In this document: piece after piece, positions 27,566-37,543 of the stretch
Layout: every line of letters begins with the position of its first letter
Numbering within the stretch: position 1 is the stretch's first letter
Virus record (IMG/VR): IMGVR_UViG_3300045988_162372
Source: a virus
Length of the DNA stretch: 64,000 nt
Direction: 5' to 3' (one strand)
Notes under the pieces: generated by a model
What the model saw: only the letters and a program-made list of their open reading frames with translations
Database searches by the model: none
Told to the model about the DNA's origin: nothing
Position numbers and translations under genes: made by a program

Positions 27566-28897
27566 CTATTTCAATTTTAATTGTTCTTTTCTGATGTTGA
27601 TCAGCAAATCATTTACAAATTCAACGTCAATATCTTCTGGGAGAGTAGATGCAGCAATAGCTTCATCCATTACCTTTTTACGTTCATCAAGCATTGATAT
27701 TACTTCATCATACTCATACTTATGATTTTTTACATCAAGCAAAAATTCTCTATCTATTCCACGTCTATTAACTATGAAACCCTTACCTTGTGCAATCTCC
27801 GTACACATTGCAATAAGTCTGAAAGCATGTGATACATTCTTCGCATCATAATTTTTATTCAAATTGCTTTCATAACGTACTGGATTACGATGTTTTTCCC
27901 AATCTTTATAATCCCGATAATCAATACAATGCTTCTGATAACCTGTCTGATTGTAACTAACCCAACAGATAGGTTTTTCTCCTTTTGAAACAGAGGAAAG
28001 GCGTAGTTCGTTAGACATTCCATCTTCACCTACCATTCCTTTGTAACCAATAGGTATTTGCTTATTGTACCAATTACACAATTGTAAAACATTATGTATA
28101 TCATAAAAATCTCTAATGAAATCCACCAAATTACAGAGCTGTTTTATACGATATTTACGAAGTAAATCCTCATTTTCCCCACTTCCTTTTATTTCAGCAA
28201 CAATATCTTTCATTTCATATTTGTATATTTCATTATAAGCGTTGTCTTTCTGAAAGATATTACTCAAAGTAAGTAAATCTATTTCTTCATTTAAAAAGAA
28301 ATTTCCCCAATCATAGTAACATCCATACACGTCATGCATATTCGGAATATTCACAAGTCCGCAATATTGCTGTTTCAACCCTCTATGTTCCAACCAATTT
28401 TTAATGTTGCTACTACCTTGATTGTAAAAGGTATAAACAAAATCAAGAGGCTCAAGACGTTTTGTTACTGGGTTTACAATCTTCTTATTCAAACCTCTAC
28501 ACTTGCGTATTTGTTCAACCGCATATCCCCCAAAAGGTTTAAAGCATTGCTTGGTTATGAATTTATCCCTATATTTCTTAAGCTCTGTCATAATGGGATG
28601 TTCATATAATACTGCATTTCCATCCGCAAACAATGCTTCGAGAACAGTGGGGTTACTCTTAAGTAAAAGTAACATGAATTTGTTTAACTCATACCACATA
28701 ATATCATTAGTTTCATTATGTATCTCACTTTGATAATCCAATCCTAGACCAATAAGTTGCTCTGCTGGTGCTAAGTATACGCCTCCATAGTCTTCATCGG
28801 AAGATGGTGTACTAAGACCATATAAATGTGAACCTCTGCGGAACTCATATAACAATAAACCTTGTTTTTTAATGTCTTCAAATGTATATTTCTTCAT
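27566..28897 (-). CDS. RlaP-like nucleotidyltransferase (RNA-repair-associated pol-beta family)
   Basis: 443 aa. The N-terminal RGSHLYGLSTPSSDEDYGGVY matches the predicted nucleotidyltransferase (RlaP) signature as I remember it. Confidence 0.55.
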   Translation of the reverse strand: MKKYTFEDIKKQGLLLYEFRRGSHLYGLSTPSSDEDYGGVYLAPAEQLIGLGLDYQSEIHNETNDIMWYELNKFMLLLLKSNPTVLEALFADGNAVLYEHPIMTELKKYRDKFITKQCFKPFGGYAVEQIRKCRGLNKKIVNPVTKRLEPLDFVYTFYNQGSSNIKNWLEHRGLKQQYCGLVNIPNMHDVYGCYYDWGNFFLNEEIDLLTLSNIFQKDNAYNEIYKYEMKDIVAEIKGSGENEDLLRKYRIKQLCNLVDFIRDFYDIHNVLQLCNWYNKQIPIGYKGMVGEDGMSNELRLSSVSKGEKPICWVSYNQTGYQKHCIDYRDYKDWEKHRNPVRYESNLNKNYDAKNVSHAFRLIAMCTEIAQGKGFIVNRRGIDREFLLDVKNHKYEYDEVISMLDERKKVMDEAIAASTLPEDIDVEFVNDLLINIRKEQLKLK

Positions 28898-28900
28898 ATT

Positions 28901-29206
28901 TTAATTCTCTTTTTTAAGTTCTTCGATTTTCTGTTGTAATATTTTCACTTCAAATTCGGCAACATTTAATTTATTTTGTAACCATTCCAATTTAGATTCT
29001 TTTTCTTTACCAACCTCAACAAATATAGCTTCCTCACTATTGATATCCGTGCAAATATATCCTTTGGAATTGACTGGTACAGCATCACAATTGTCTTCCA
29101 ACGCACACCCTGCACAACGCCATTCTTCTTCATATGGTTTACAAACCATATAATCTTTTCCATTAAGAGTTATAATATCCCCTATTTTATAATCTGTTGT
29201 TTTCAT
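28901..29206 (-). CDS. hypothetical Cys-containing protein
   Basis: 101 aa with a -7 box at 29225-29232. Confidence 0.5.
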   Translation of the reverse strand: MKTTDYKIGDIITLNGKDYMVCKPYEEEWRCAGCALEDNCDAVPVNSKGYICTDINSEEAIFVEVGKEKESKLEWLQNKLNVAEFEVKILQQKIEELKKEN

Positions 29207-29224
29207 AATTTTCTAATTCTACCG

Positions 29225-29232
29225 CAAATATA
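29225..29232 (-). promoter_or_regulatory. Bacteroidetes -7 promoter box
   Basis: caaatata, 19 nt upstream of the 29206 start. Confidence 0.5.
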
Positions 29233-29276
29233 CAAAAAAATTCCCATAACTCGAAAATTATAGGAATTAAATTATG

Positions 29277-29666
29277 TTAAAACCAAATATGTATTTCGTC
29301 ATTTCCTTTTTTATCACCTGAATGATAAAAATCTGTCATCTTCCCATTGATTGCACCGTAGCCCATTCCGTCATCTTGGAGTATCAAAGGAACAGTATCT
29401 AGGAGTTCGTTATCATTTTCAATATAAAATCTATCATTTTTCTTATCCTCCTTGAAACCGATATTCATTAACCCTTCTCTTAATGTGATATGAGGAATTA
29501 GAAATCCTTGAAAATCAAAATCAGCTTCAGTTAAATCCTCAACTTTTCTATTACCAAGTTTATAACCGTCTGGATATTTTGCGATTGATTTTTTTGTTTC
29601 CTTAAGCCATTTCGGTTCTTTTTTCTTCTTTTTCTTTTTCATCTCTTTCTTTAATTCTGTAAACAT
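29277..29666 (-). CDS. hypothetical protein
   Basis: 129 aa with a Lys-run N-terminus. Overlaps the upstream gene by 65 nt (41 nt if the start is at 29642). Confidence 0.45.
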   Translation of the reverse strand: MFTELKKEMKKKKKKKEPKWLKETKKSIAKYPDGYKLGNRKVEDLTEADFDFQGFLIPHITLREGLMNIGFKEDKKNDRFYIENDNELLDTVPLILQDDGMGYGAINGKMTDFYHSGDKKGNDEIHIWF

Positions 29667-30168
29667 AATACTCTGCCATCAATGCCACGCATTCAGCTTC
29701 CAAGTCAATGTTTTGCTCTTTTAATTTCTCACAATCTTCCTGTGTTATATCGTGAATTGTCTTATTGTTTAATACTTCTTTGATTGTGTTATAAATATCC
29801 AATTCCACTAACTTATTATAATGGTCTTTGGCCATATACTTCAACATCTCAACACAAGTGTTGTCATTGATAATCTTTTCGAAAAAATCAACATCAAAGT
29901 CATTAATTTCTTTATAATATGGATCCATTATAACTCTCCGAATTATTGGAAAGATTACAACTGAAAAATCACTAAATGGAAAAATATCATCAACATATTT
30001 ATCTTCATTGATAAGTTTCTTTGCCATTGTATGCATTGCTTTTGCCACACATTTCTTTTTGAAATTATCTTCAATTCTATCCAAAAATCCTAATCTGTTC
30101 CAAAAATCAACAATTTCCTCGTCTGTATTGCAATCTTCAAATTTTAAATCTTTCACAAGTTCTATCAT
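29602..30168 (-). CDS. hypothetical protein
   Basis: 188 aa ORF. Confidence 0.55.
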   Translation of the reverse strand: MIELVKDLKFEDCNTDEEIVDFWNRLGFLDRIEDNFKKKCVAKAMHTMAKKLINEDKYVDDIFPFSDFSVVIFPIIRRVIMDPYYKEINDFDVDFFEKIINDNTCVEMLKYMAKDHYNKLVELDIYNTIKEVLNNKTIHDITQEDCEKLKEQNIDLEAECVALMAEYYVYRIKERDEKEKEEKRTEMA

Positions 30169-30232
30169 AATGTTCTAATTTAAATTGTTTATATATTATA
30201 AGATAACAAATCAACACAATAATATCAAGCCA

Positions 30233-30967
30233 TTAACCCTTATAAAAATCATATCCAAATAACGCAAAATCCCCTTTGCAAGGATCATCTGGAAATATTT
30301 CTTTCAGTCTATCGGTTATTTCCACAACGGTTTTCCAATCATTACTTTTCCTATTTGTCAAACCTAATTCTCTTGCTGTATTCCCAACATGAACATCAAG
30401 AGGTATATACAATTCCGAACTTTCCACTCCGTTCCATATGCCAATATCAACTGGTGAATCTTTTCTAACCATCCACCGTAGAAACATACACATTCTCTTA
30501 CAAGCACTGGTTGGCATCACAAACTTCTTCGACTTTGAACATATTTCTTGTAATTTATATGGTAATTCCTTGCCCTGATGTAGCCAATGTTCGGCAAGGA
30601 ATTCTAACTTTCCATAACAGTCATATGTCTCAAATAAAATGCCAAATATTCTATGCAAATCCTCATATTTAACAAACCGATAAAAAACATCGTTATTGTC
30701 TTTGAATTTTTCATATTTCCGATTCATCAACCATTCATAAGGTTTCCCTTCAAACATATCATCAATCACTTTGCACTTCTTGACAATTTGTTTCCTGTTA
30801 CCAAACGCAAGATAGGCACTTATAAAACCACTGACTTCTATGTCTTGTATTTTAGTGTATTGTCTGGGAAATATGATAGGATCTTCTTTGAAATACTCCA
30901 TATCTTCATATTTCTCAGCCAACTCTATCAATAATTGTTTTCTATCGTATTCTTGTAGATAATACAT
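30233..30967 (-). CDS. TIGR02757 (DUF2400) family protein
   Basis: 244 aa. FKEDPIIFPRQY...DIEVSGFISAYLAFGNRKQI matches my memory of the family N-terminus. Confidence 0.55.
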   Translation of the reverse strand: MYYLQEYDRKQLLIELAEKYEDMEYFKEDPIIFPRQYTKIQDIEVSGFISAYLAFGNRKQIVKKCKVIDDMFEGKPYEWLMNRKYEKFKDNNDVFYRFVKYEDLHRIFGILFETYDCYGKLEFLAEHWLHQGKELPYKLQEICSKSKKFVMPTSACKRMCMFLRWMVRKDSPVDIGIWNGVESSELYIPLDVHVGNTARELGLTNRKSNDWKTVVEITDRLKEIFPDDPCKGDFALFGYDFYKG

Positions 30968-31178
30968 TGTCTGTAATATGTTTTAAGTGTTCTGAAATCC
31001 GTATATTTTCCATTATCCTCGGCAAATATTGGTCAAGCAATTCCAATGTCTCTTTATGGTTAACATCCATATCAAGATTCCAATATATTCTCTTCCGTAC
31101 TTCCAGGTGTTCGTTTTTAAGATATTTATCAACGAATTCTTGAAGATTTTGATATAGTATTTTGTCTTGATTACTCAT
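30942..31178 (-). CDS. hypothetical protein
   Basis: Start placed at MSNQDKILYQ. The track start at 31208 is the alternative. Confidence 0.4.
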   Translation of the reverse strand: MSNQDKILYQNLQEFVDKYLKNEHLEVRKRIYWNLDMDVNHKETLELLDQYLPRIMENIRISEHLKHITDNVLSTRIR

Positions 31179-31339
31179 AAAAATCTTTCTTCTTAATAAG
31201 TGTCTCATTATATTCTTTCCAACTTTTCCTTTTATTCAAAAATGTTATCGGTACATCCTTTGCTGATGGGAATAAAGTTAAAGATATAAAGGGGCTAACA
31301 TCACATTAACTCCTTTATATCGTTTTATGTGGTTATTTA

Positions 31340-32413
31340 TCACTTCTTAAAGAAGAGAACTACTCTATTCCAATTGTTTTCCGTGTATGGCTGTTCAGCA
31401 TCGCCAATGCCTTCAGTTTCAATTCTATTAGCGTCAATACCGAATGTGTTTACCAATACTTTCTTAACAGATTCTGCTCTCTTGGTAGACAACATTTTAT
31501 TATAAGAGGTTGAACCAGTTTTCTTATCTGCATAACCTTTCAAAACAATGTTAAGTGTAGTATCGTTCTTCATCGCTTCTGCAATGCAGCTAAGATTTGC
31601 CATCTGTACCTCGTCAACCTTGTATTTGTTGATTTGGAAGGAAACGACATTGGGAAGCGTAGGAGAAACGTCTTTGGTACTGATATAAACAGTATCATGT
31701 ACTGCCTTTGCTTTTTCAAGACTATCAGCCAAAGATTGATTAGCTGCTCGTAAATCATTAATCTTCCGATTCAACGCATTATATTCAACAGGATCAATTA
31801 CATTGACAAACTTGAAATTATGTGTGCCATTTGAATTCTTAAATTTGTAAGTTACACCAACTGATAAACTAACATATGAATGATCAATCGCTTTATCAGG
31901 AAGATAGGTATATGCAGGAATAATATTTAATTGCCAAGCCTTCTTTTTATCGAAGTTCCAATTAATTTCTACGCCGCCTTTTACAGCTACACTATTGCTG
32001 ACATAATCATAGGTATGAAACCATCCTGTACCAAGTACACCAACAAACTCCCAATTTCTCGGCTCTCCCCTATATCCGCCAAATATATTTGAGAAGTTAA
32101 ACAAAGCGTCAACTCCGAGCATTGTATGGTCTACAACTGTCTTCCCCAACTCGGAGAAACCTCCTTCCAATTCAATCTGCGCTCCGATATTAGGATTGAA
32201 ATATTTTCCAAATTTAATCGTTGCCATCGGATTGATGTTGGGCCAAAATGCATTAGTCTGGTGATGATTTTGCAAAGACCAACTTCCGCCTCCATAAACG
32301 CCAATAAAAGCGTTGTCATACCATTTACTGTCTTTAACATCTGTCTGCAAGGTCTGCGCATTTACATTCATACACAGAATTGCTGAAAGAAACAAAAACA
32401 AAATCTTCTTCAT
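31340..32413 (-). CDS. OmpA-family outer-membrane protein with signal peptide
   Basis: 357 aa. Signal MKKILFLFLSAILCMNVNA and a C-terminal OmpA-like domain (LKGYADKKTGSTSYNKMLSTKRAESV...NRVV). Confidence 0.7.
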   Translation of the reverse strand: MKKILFLFLSAILCMNVNAQTLQTDVKDSKWYDNAFIGVYGGGSWSLQNHHQTNAFWPNINPMATIKFGKYFNPNIGAQIELEGGFSELGKTVVDHTMLGVDALFNFSNIFGGYRGEPRNWEFVGVLGTGWFHTYDYVSNSVAVKGGVEINWNFDKKKAWQLNIIPAYTYLPDKAIDHSYVSLSVGVTYKFKNSNGTHNFKFVNVIDPVEYNALNRKINDLRAANQSLADSLEKAKAVHDTVYISTKDVSPTLPNVVSFQINKYKVDEVQMANLSCIAEAMKNDTTLNIVLKGYADKKTGSTSYNKMLSTKRAESVKKVLVNTFGIDANRIETEGIGDAEQPYTENNWNRVVLFFKK

Positions 32414-32459
32414 AATTTTTTACTTTTTTATAATTTTAAATTGTTTATTTTTAATACCG

Positions 32460-32467
32460 CAAAGATA
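32460..32467 (-). promoter_or_regulatory. Bacteroidetes -7 promoter box
   Basis: caaagata, 47 nt upstream of the 32413 start. Confidence 0.55.
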
Positions 32468-32524
32468 CGGTAATTTTTCTATTCGACAAAATAATTCCAA
32501 AGAAATCTACTAATTTTCTTATCT

Positions 32525-32749
32525 TTAATACTTTTTTACATTGAATCTATCTTTCAATTTCTCCAAATCTGTTTGTGTAATTTCCTTGTCATTGCTCTTA
32601 TTCTTTTCTTTCTTTGGTTTATCCTCAATCTTGTCCTTATTGAATTTTCTACTCAATGCTTGCACCCTTTCAGAAGCACAAAACGGACATTCTTCACCAC
32701 TGTAATAAAAATGATGGATACTGCAATACTTTTTAATGCTGTCAGTCAT
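32525..32749 (-). CDS. small zinc-ribbon protein
   Basis: Start placed at MTDSIKKYCSIHHFYYSGEECPFC, avoiding overlap with the upstream gene. Confidence 0.45.
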   Translation of the reverse strand: MTDSIKKYCSIHHFYYSGEECPFCASERVQALSRKFNKDKIEDKPKKEKNKSNDKEITQTDLEKLKDRFNVKKY

Positions 32750-32789
32750 AAGAATAAAAGTTTTAAATGAAATTTGTATATATGTAAAA

Positions 32790-33260
32790 TTACTTTTTAG
32801 GAACAATGCCATAGGCAATACAGCCCATTCTAATATCATTATTAACATTCTTACCATCGTAGATAATCTTATCTCCGAATATAGAAATGACTTCTGTGCC
32901 TGTTGGAAGCAATGGAAACAACCACAATGGAATAAGCATCAGTCCCTTTGTATTTAAATACTTTTGTTTCTTTTCCTTGAATTCCTCTTCTGTAATCTTT
33001 TCCTCTTTAAACAAATTTTCAAGATAATTAATGTCTTCCTTAATATCATCATCGTTTGCCCATTTTCCAAAACGCAGTTCCTCACAATCCTTAGCTGTAA
33101 GGTTTGCCCAATCAATGTATTGTTGCAAATGGCTATGAGCCTCACTAAGTGCTGAATTAACGTCTTTCCTTGCAAAAGCATCAGTCCATTTCGAATACTG
33201 CTGTTGCTCGGTAACTCTATTCATTACCCATGTCAGAATGTCAATAATTTCTTTCTTCAT
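32790..33260 (-). CDS. hypothetical protein
   Basis: Start placed at MKKEIIDIL (33260), just downstream of the upstream gene's stop. Confidence 0.5.
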   Translation of the reverse strand: MKKEIIDILTWVMNRVTEQQQYSKWTDAFARKDVNSALSEAHSHLQQYIDWANLTAKDCEELRFGKWANDDDIKEDINYLENLFKEEKITEEEFKEKKQKYLNTKGLMLIPLWLFPLLPTGTEVISIFGDKIIYDGKNVNNDIRMGCIAYGIVPKK

Positions 33261-33280
33261 ATTATAACTTTTATAATGTT

Positions 33281-33961
33281 TTAATTTTCCTTTGATTCTT
33301 TGATAAAATATCTTTTGATTACCAGATTCAAAATGCTGAAAATACAAGACTTCTTATACATTTCTTTTTTCTCTTCTTCTGTCAATGTGAATTGATAATC
33401 TGTTTCATGGCGATATTCTCTCTTATTGTCTAATATTTCTTTTTTCTTTGCGCTTCTTTTATATAAAATATCTGAAACATTTCTGAATGGTTGATGAAAC
33501 GTAACAGTATCTCCGTTTGAAAGTCTTATCTTATAAGATACAAATATTTCTTTATCATCTCTTTCCTCAGACCATTCTTCTATAATTCTGTCTGAGAACA
33601 TTCGTAAATTAAGTATGAACTGTTTTTTAATATCATAGAAGATCCTGCTTTCTTTCGGAGTAAATCGTTTCTCTTTAATATAGGCATTTACTTCTGCACA
33701 TAGCAATATCGCCCTGTCTATTATATCATCATTGATTTTGTATTCAGCCACTTGAGATAATAGAAATGGAAAATATTCATTTATCTTTGTCGGTACAATA
33801 GGCTTTCCGTTTATTTCAAATAAACGATGTACATTTTCATATATGATTTTCCTTATATGTTCCCTGTATTTAATTGTTCCTTTATCCATTATTACAGATG
33901 ATGAAGGATTAAACACATATGCCATTATCCAATCTGTAAAATATTGCTCTATAGCATCCAT
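33281..33961 (-). CDS. hypothetical protein
   Basis: 226 aa with a -7 box at 33992-33999. Confidence 0.55.
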   Translation of the reverse strand: MDAIEQYFTDWIMAYVFNPSSSVIMDKGTIKYREHIRKIIYENVHRLFEINGKPIVPTKINEYFPFLLSQVAEYKINDDIIDRAILLCAEVNAYIKEKRFTPKESRIFYDIKKQFILNLRMFSDRIIEEWSEERDDKEIFVSYKIRLSNGDTVTFHQPFRNVSDILYKRSAKKKEILDNKREYRHETDYQFTLTEEEKKEMYKKSCIFSILNLVIKRYFIKESKEN

Positions 33962-33991
33962 AAGATTTTTATTAATTTTGATTTAACGATG

Positions 33992-33999
33992 CAAAGATA
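33992..33999 (-). promoter_or_regulatory. Bacteroidetes -7 promoter box
   Basis: caaagata, 31 nt upstream of the 33961 start. Confidence 0.55.
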
Positions 34000-34032
34000 G
34001 AATATTATCAGTGTTCTACCAAATATTTTTAG

Positions 34033-34410
34033 TTAAAAAATGATAACATATAGGATTTTCAATATGAAATACAATATGATGGCAACAACATTGAAATATA
34101 TGCCATCTGTATCAATCGTATCATTTGGTATATAATTATCTGATTTCCAATTCTCTCTAAAACTCTTAAAATCAGGAATATTGATAGTAAACCACAATAT
34201 CTTTACTTGTTTAATTGGTATATAACAATGTATAACTTCTATGACAGTTCCTACGAACAAGCCAAATATAATACTTGTCAATATACCCATTCCAAGTATA
34301 TCGAAAATAAACATAAAGATGAGTGTTCCAACAAATAGCCATACCTGATGTTTTGTCGCATTTTTGAATATTTGCCAAATTTTCTTGATTTTATTTATAA
34401 TTTCAGACAT
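34033..34410 (-). CDS. membrane protein (3-4 predicted transmembrane segments)
   Basis: 125 aa with long hydrophobic runs (VWLFVGTLIFMFIFDILGMGILTSIIFGLFVGTVI). Confidence 0.5.
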   Translation of the reverse strand: MSEIINKIKKIWQIFKNATKHQVWLFVGTLIFMFIFDILGMGILTSIIFGLFVGTVIEVIHCYIPIKQVKILWFTINIPDFKSFRENWKSDNYIPNDTIDTDGIYFNVVAIILYFILKILYVIIF

Positions 34411-34458
34411 TATTATATAGTATAAAGATTGTAAATTATAGTATTTTATAAATAGTCT

Positions 34459-34785
34459 ATGAAACGAGGAATTGTGTATCTAATATATGACTCATCACAA
34501 AATTTATATAAGATTGGTGTCACAAAGGGGACTGGTGAGAAACGTCTTAAACAATTACAAACAGGTAATGCATCTGAATTGCAAATCATCCACACTCACG
34601 AAACTGAATTCCCTTATCGTCTTGAAACGATGCTGCATAATAAGTTCAAAAACAATCAAATATTAAATGAATGGTACGAATTACCAATTGAAATTGTACT
34701 TAACTTTAAAACGGTCTGTATCGAAACAGAAAACATCATTAATATAATGAAAGATAACTATTTCTTTGCTAAGAATCTTCGTTAG
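34459..34785 (+). CDS. T5orf172 / GIY-YIG-like domain protein
   Basis: 108 aa. GIVYLIYDSSQNLYKIGVT...RLKQLQTGN...NEWYEL matches the T5orf172 pattern. It is one of the few + strand genes. Confidence 0.55.
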   Translation: MKRGIVYLIYDSSQNLYKIGVTKGTGEKRLKQLQTGNASELQIIHTHETEFPYRLETMLHNKFKNNQILNEWYELPIEIVLNFKTVCIETENIINIMKDNYFFAKNLR

Positions 34786-35164
34786 TTTTATTCCTTTTTT
34801 CCTTGATTTTATCAATAGCCTCTTTGATTGCCCTTTGCTTCAGCTTCTTTGCTATTACATCCCCATGGCATAAATCTCCTTTATGACAATAACAACCAAT
34901 GTAGATTGTGTCATATTTCTTATATGCCTCATACATCCTATCCCATTCGTCTTGAAATTGTTTGTTTAATTTCAACATTTCATTGAAATATAATTCATAT
35001 AGCTGTACTGCTTCTTCTCTCGAACCCACAACATACTTAGCTAAGGTTTTCTTACTTTTAATATGTGTATATGGATTACTCATTACGTTGGGGCGAGAAA
35101 CATCAAAACTGTTCTCTCCACTATGTTCCTCTTCCAATTTGCAGTATCTAACTACTTTTGCCAT
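34769..35164 (-). CDS. DUF4326-like protein
   Basis: 131 aa with IGCYCHKGDLCHGDVI near the C-terminus. Confidence 0.45.
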   Translation of the reverse strand: MAKVVRYCKLEEEHSGENSFDVSRPNVMSNPYTHIKSKKTLAKYVVGSREEAVQLYELYFNEMLKLNKQFQDEWDRMYEAYKKYDTIYIGCYCHKGDLCHGDVIAKKLKQRAIKEAIDKIKEKRNKTNEDS

Positions 35165-35230
35165 ATTGCACGTTTTATTTTGAAAAAGTTATCCCTACCT
35201 TTGTCATGATAGGGATAACCGTATAAATAA

Positions 35231-36037
35231 TCATTTCTTTATCTTGCTTAAATCCAAAAATGTGGAAGTATTTCCACCAGTAATAACTGTTGGTACTGTT
35301 CCATTCCATTTATCTATCCACATTTGTTGTAGGATTTGTGGAGTTAAGGCTTGCGACTTCAATTCATTGGCTTCCTTTTCTGCTCTTGCCTTTACTAATA
35401 CCTTCTCGGCTTCTGCTTTAACGACTTCCAGCTCGTTTTGCGCTCTTTGGGCTTCTTGAATAGCTGCTGTTTTAGCTGTTACTGCATCCACAATTGACTG
35501 AGGATATTTCAATCCCGATGTTAACTGCTCCAATTGAAAATTTTCTTTACTAAGTGATGCAGATAAATAACTCTCAATAGCTTTTTCGATGCTATCCCTG
35601 TGACTTACAATATAATCAGTCGTAAATGTATTTAATTGTATTCTAAAAGCATCTTTAATATAGTTATAAAGTGTTGTATTTATCACTTCCTTTAAATCCT
35701 TTCTATATTTCTTAAATATCTGAGGTGATTTACCGTCTATGATTTTTAAAGATACTGTAGGATCCACAATAAATTCAGAACCATCTTGTGCATTAATATT
35801 GAATGGTTCATAATCTATTGTTTGAACGTAAGCAGGATATTCATATATCTCAGTTGTTATTGGATTATACCATATAGTTCCAGTTACTAAAGAAACATCA
35901 TCTACTCCCTTGTTCGAACCATACTTATTTACCTTAATTCCCTCATAACCTGCGTCGACACGTTCATAACAGGAACTCAAACTTGCCGTCATTAAAACAG
36001 CACAAATCAAATACAAAATTTTTTTCAATTTCAACAT
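35231..36037 (-). CDS. SPFH/band-7 (prohibitin-like) lipoprotein
   Basis: Start placed at MLKLKKILYLICAVLMTASLSSC (lipobox). The body and C-terminal coiled coil (AQRAQNELEVVKAEAEKVLVKARAEKEA) are typical of SPFH proteins. Confidence 0.6.
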   Translation of the reverse strand: MLKLKKILYLICAVLMTASLSSCYERVDAGYEGIKVNKYGSNKGVDDVSLVTGTIWYNPITTEIYEYPAYVQTIDYEPFNINAQDGSEFIVDPTVSLKIIDGKSPQIFKKYRKDLKEVINTTLYNYIKDAFRIQLNTFTTDYIVSHRDSIEKAIESYLSASLSKENFQLEQLTSGLKYPQSIVDAVTAKTAAIQEAQRAQNELEVVKAEAEKVLVKARAEKEANELKSQALTPQILQQMWIDKWNGTVPTVITGGNTSTFLDLSKIKK

Positions 36038-36069
36038 AATGATAAAACTATTAAAGTTAAAAATAATAT

Positions 36070-36276
36070 TTATTCTTCTTTTCTCCACAAATTTCTTATA
36101 TTAAGAAAACATCTTGTTTTATAAGATACAAATAACATTATCACCATCAAAAATATACCAACAATATTTTCAATTGTATTTGCTGCTGTTATCATCGACA
36201 ATCCACTATTGATCACAAACAATAGTATAATAACCCACACTACAAATAGCAATACGTCTAAAAACTTAATCTTCAT
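36070..36276 (-). CDS. small membrane protein
   Basis: 68 aa with two hydrophobic segments. A further 42-aa membrane ORF lies at 36266-36394. Confidence 0.4.
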   Translation of the reverse strand: MKIKFLDVLLFVVWVIILLFVINSGLSMITAANTIENIVGIFLMVIMLFVSYKTRCFLNIRNLWRKEE

Positions 36277-36409
36277 CTTCGTTTTTTCCTTTCTTTAATT
36301 TTCCTTGTTTATAGTACAAATAATCCCTAAACATCCAATATGTGTAATAACATATTACCCAAACGCAAACAATACATGCAATACATAACCACATAATTCT
36401 CAAAATATA

Positions 36410-36925
36410 TTAGTTTGCCAAATGTCTTTTACTCACAATACCTTCCATTACCGAGTCATTTCCATCTATTGCATAATCAACATCTTTGTTGTATTCAAAT
36501 GGAGGTCTTTCATATAAGAAGCAAACGCTTGTTAAAATACCATCCAATGATGTTTCCCTAAAACTACCATAAGGTATATGATATCGCTGCAATATTCTTT
36601 CTACTCCTTTTAAATCCTTGCTGTCACTGGCATTGAGAATGACTATTGTTTTATTATATTTTGCCCACGCATCATATAGCTCAGACTGTTCTTGATTTTG
36701 TAATTGATATTCCACAATTGAATGTGCTGCTTGTATTCCTTTTTGTATCGGACTTAATTGTTTCAAAACAATGCAGTACATCTTTAATAAATCTACTTGT
36801 ATATCTACGTCCATCTCTGTATTATATATGATTTTAAATTTTGCTTTTAATTTCTTTTGTTTATCAACCTTTTCTAACCCGATATTCTTTAAATCCACTA
36901 TGCATATATCTTCACATTGTGTCAT
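36410..36925 (-). CDS. peptidyl-tRNA hydrolase PTH2-like protein
   Basis: 171 aa. LSPIQKGIQAAHS...KTIVILNASDSKDL...LTSVCFL resembles the PTH2 fold pattern (GK.AAQ.AH ... KVVL). Tentative. Confidence 0.4.
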   Translation of the reverse strand: MTQCEDICIVDLKNIGLEKVDKQKKLKAKFKIIYNTEMDVDIQVDLLKMYCIVLKQLSPIQKGIQAAHSIVEYQLQNQEQSELYDAWAKYNKTIVILNASDSKDLKGVERILQRYHIPYGSFRETSLDGILTSVCFLYERPPFEYNKDVDYAIDGNDSVMEGIVSKRHLAN

Positions 36926-36966
36926 TTAAAAATTAAACATTTAACTCTCTTATTATTTTAACACTG

Positions 36967-36974
36967 CAAAGATA
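36967..36974 (-). promoter_or_regulatory. Bacteroidetes -7 promoter box
   Basis: caaagata, 42 nt upstream of the 36925 start. Confidence 0.55.
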
Positions 36975-37052
36975 CAACAAAAATTTCATACTTGCAAGCG
37001 AATTAATATAATTTTATAGATATTTATCATTATAGATGATATTATTGAAAAT

Positions 37053-37448
37053 ATGGAAGGAAAAGTTATCATAGAAAATTATATAAGAAGCGTTGTCAAT
37101 GACTTCATCCAAGACGTGAAGAAAGAGAGTGCAATAAGAAAAGTTATCAGAAAAACTGTCAATGAGATGCTTGACAAAATAAATGAAGATAAGGCTGATA
37201 GCAAAGAGGGGGATAGTGAAAGTATGCGTATCAAACGTAACACTGTAATGAAACTATTGCGTAATGACAGATTAAAGGTTTCTAAATTTGCTTATGATAT
37301 TTGGCATCCAAAAGACCAATCTGACAAGGATACCGCACGTTCTTTGTTTTCCAAAAAGGTGAATGGAACACCTGATGCTGATGGGAATGTTAGGGAATTT
37401 ACCGATGAAGAAATTTCCAAGTTGTATAAATTGTTAAGAGGAACTTAA
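37053..37448 (+). CDS. hypothetical protein
   Basis: 131 aa + strand ORF. Confidence 0.5.
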   Translation: MEGKVIIENYIRSVVNDFIQDVKKESAIRKVIRKTVNEMLDKINEDKADSKEGDSESMRIKRNTVMKLLRNDRLKVSKFAYDIWHPKDQSDKDTARSLFSKKVNGTPDADGNVREFTDEEISKLYKLLRGT

Positions 37449-37543
37449 AAAACTTGTATAAATTATATTTTTGTCTCAAAAGAAAAAGTGGGTTATCATT
37501 TTGTCCTGATAATCCACTTTTAGTATATTATATAAGGCGATTT

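Noticed and set aside
29602-29666. Programmed -1 frameshift in the A-rich overlap between 29602-30168 and 29277-29666
   Set aside because: The downstream frame is +1 relative to the upstream one, and no X XXY YYZ heptamer is in register. Ordinary gene overlap or a later start is simpler.
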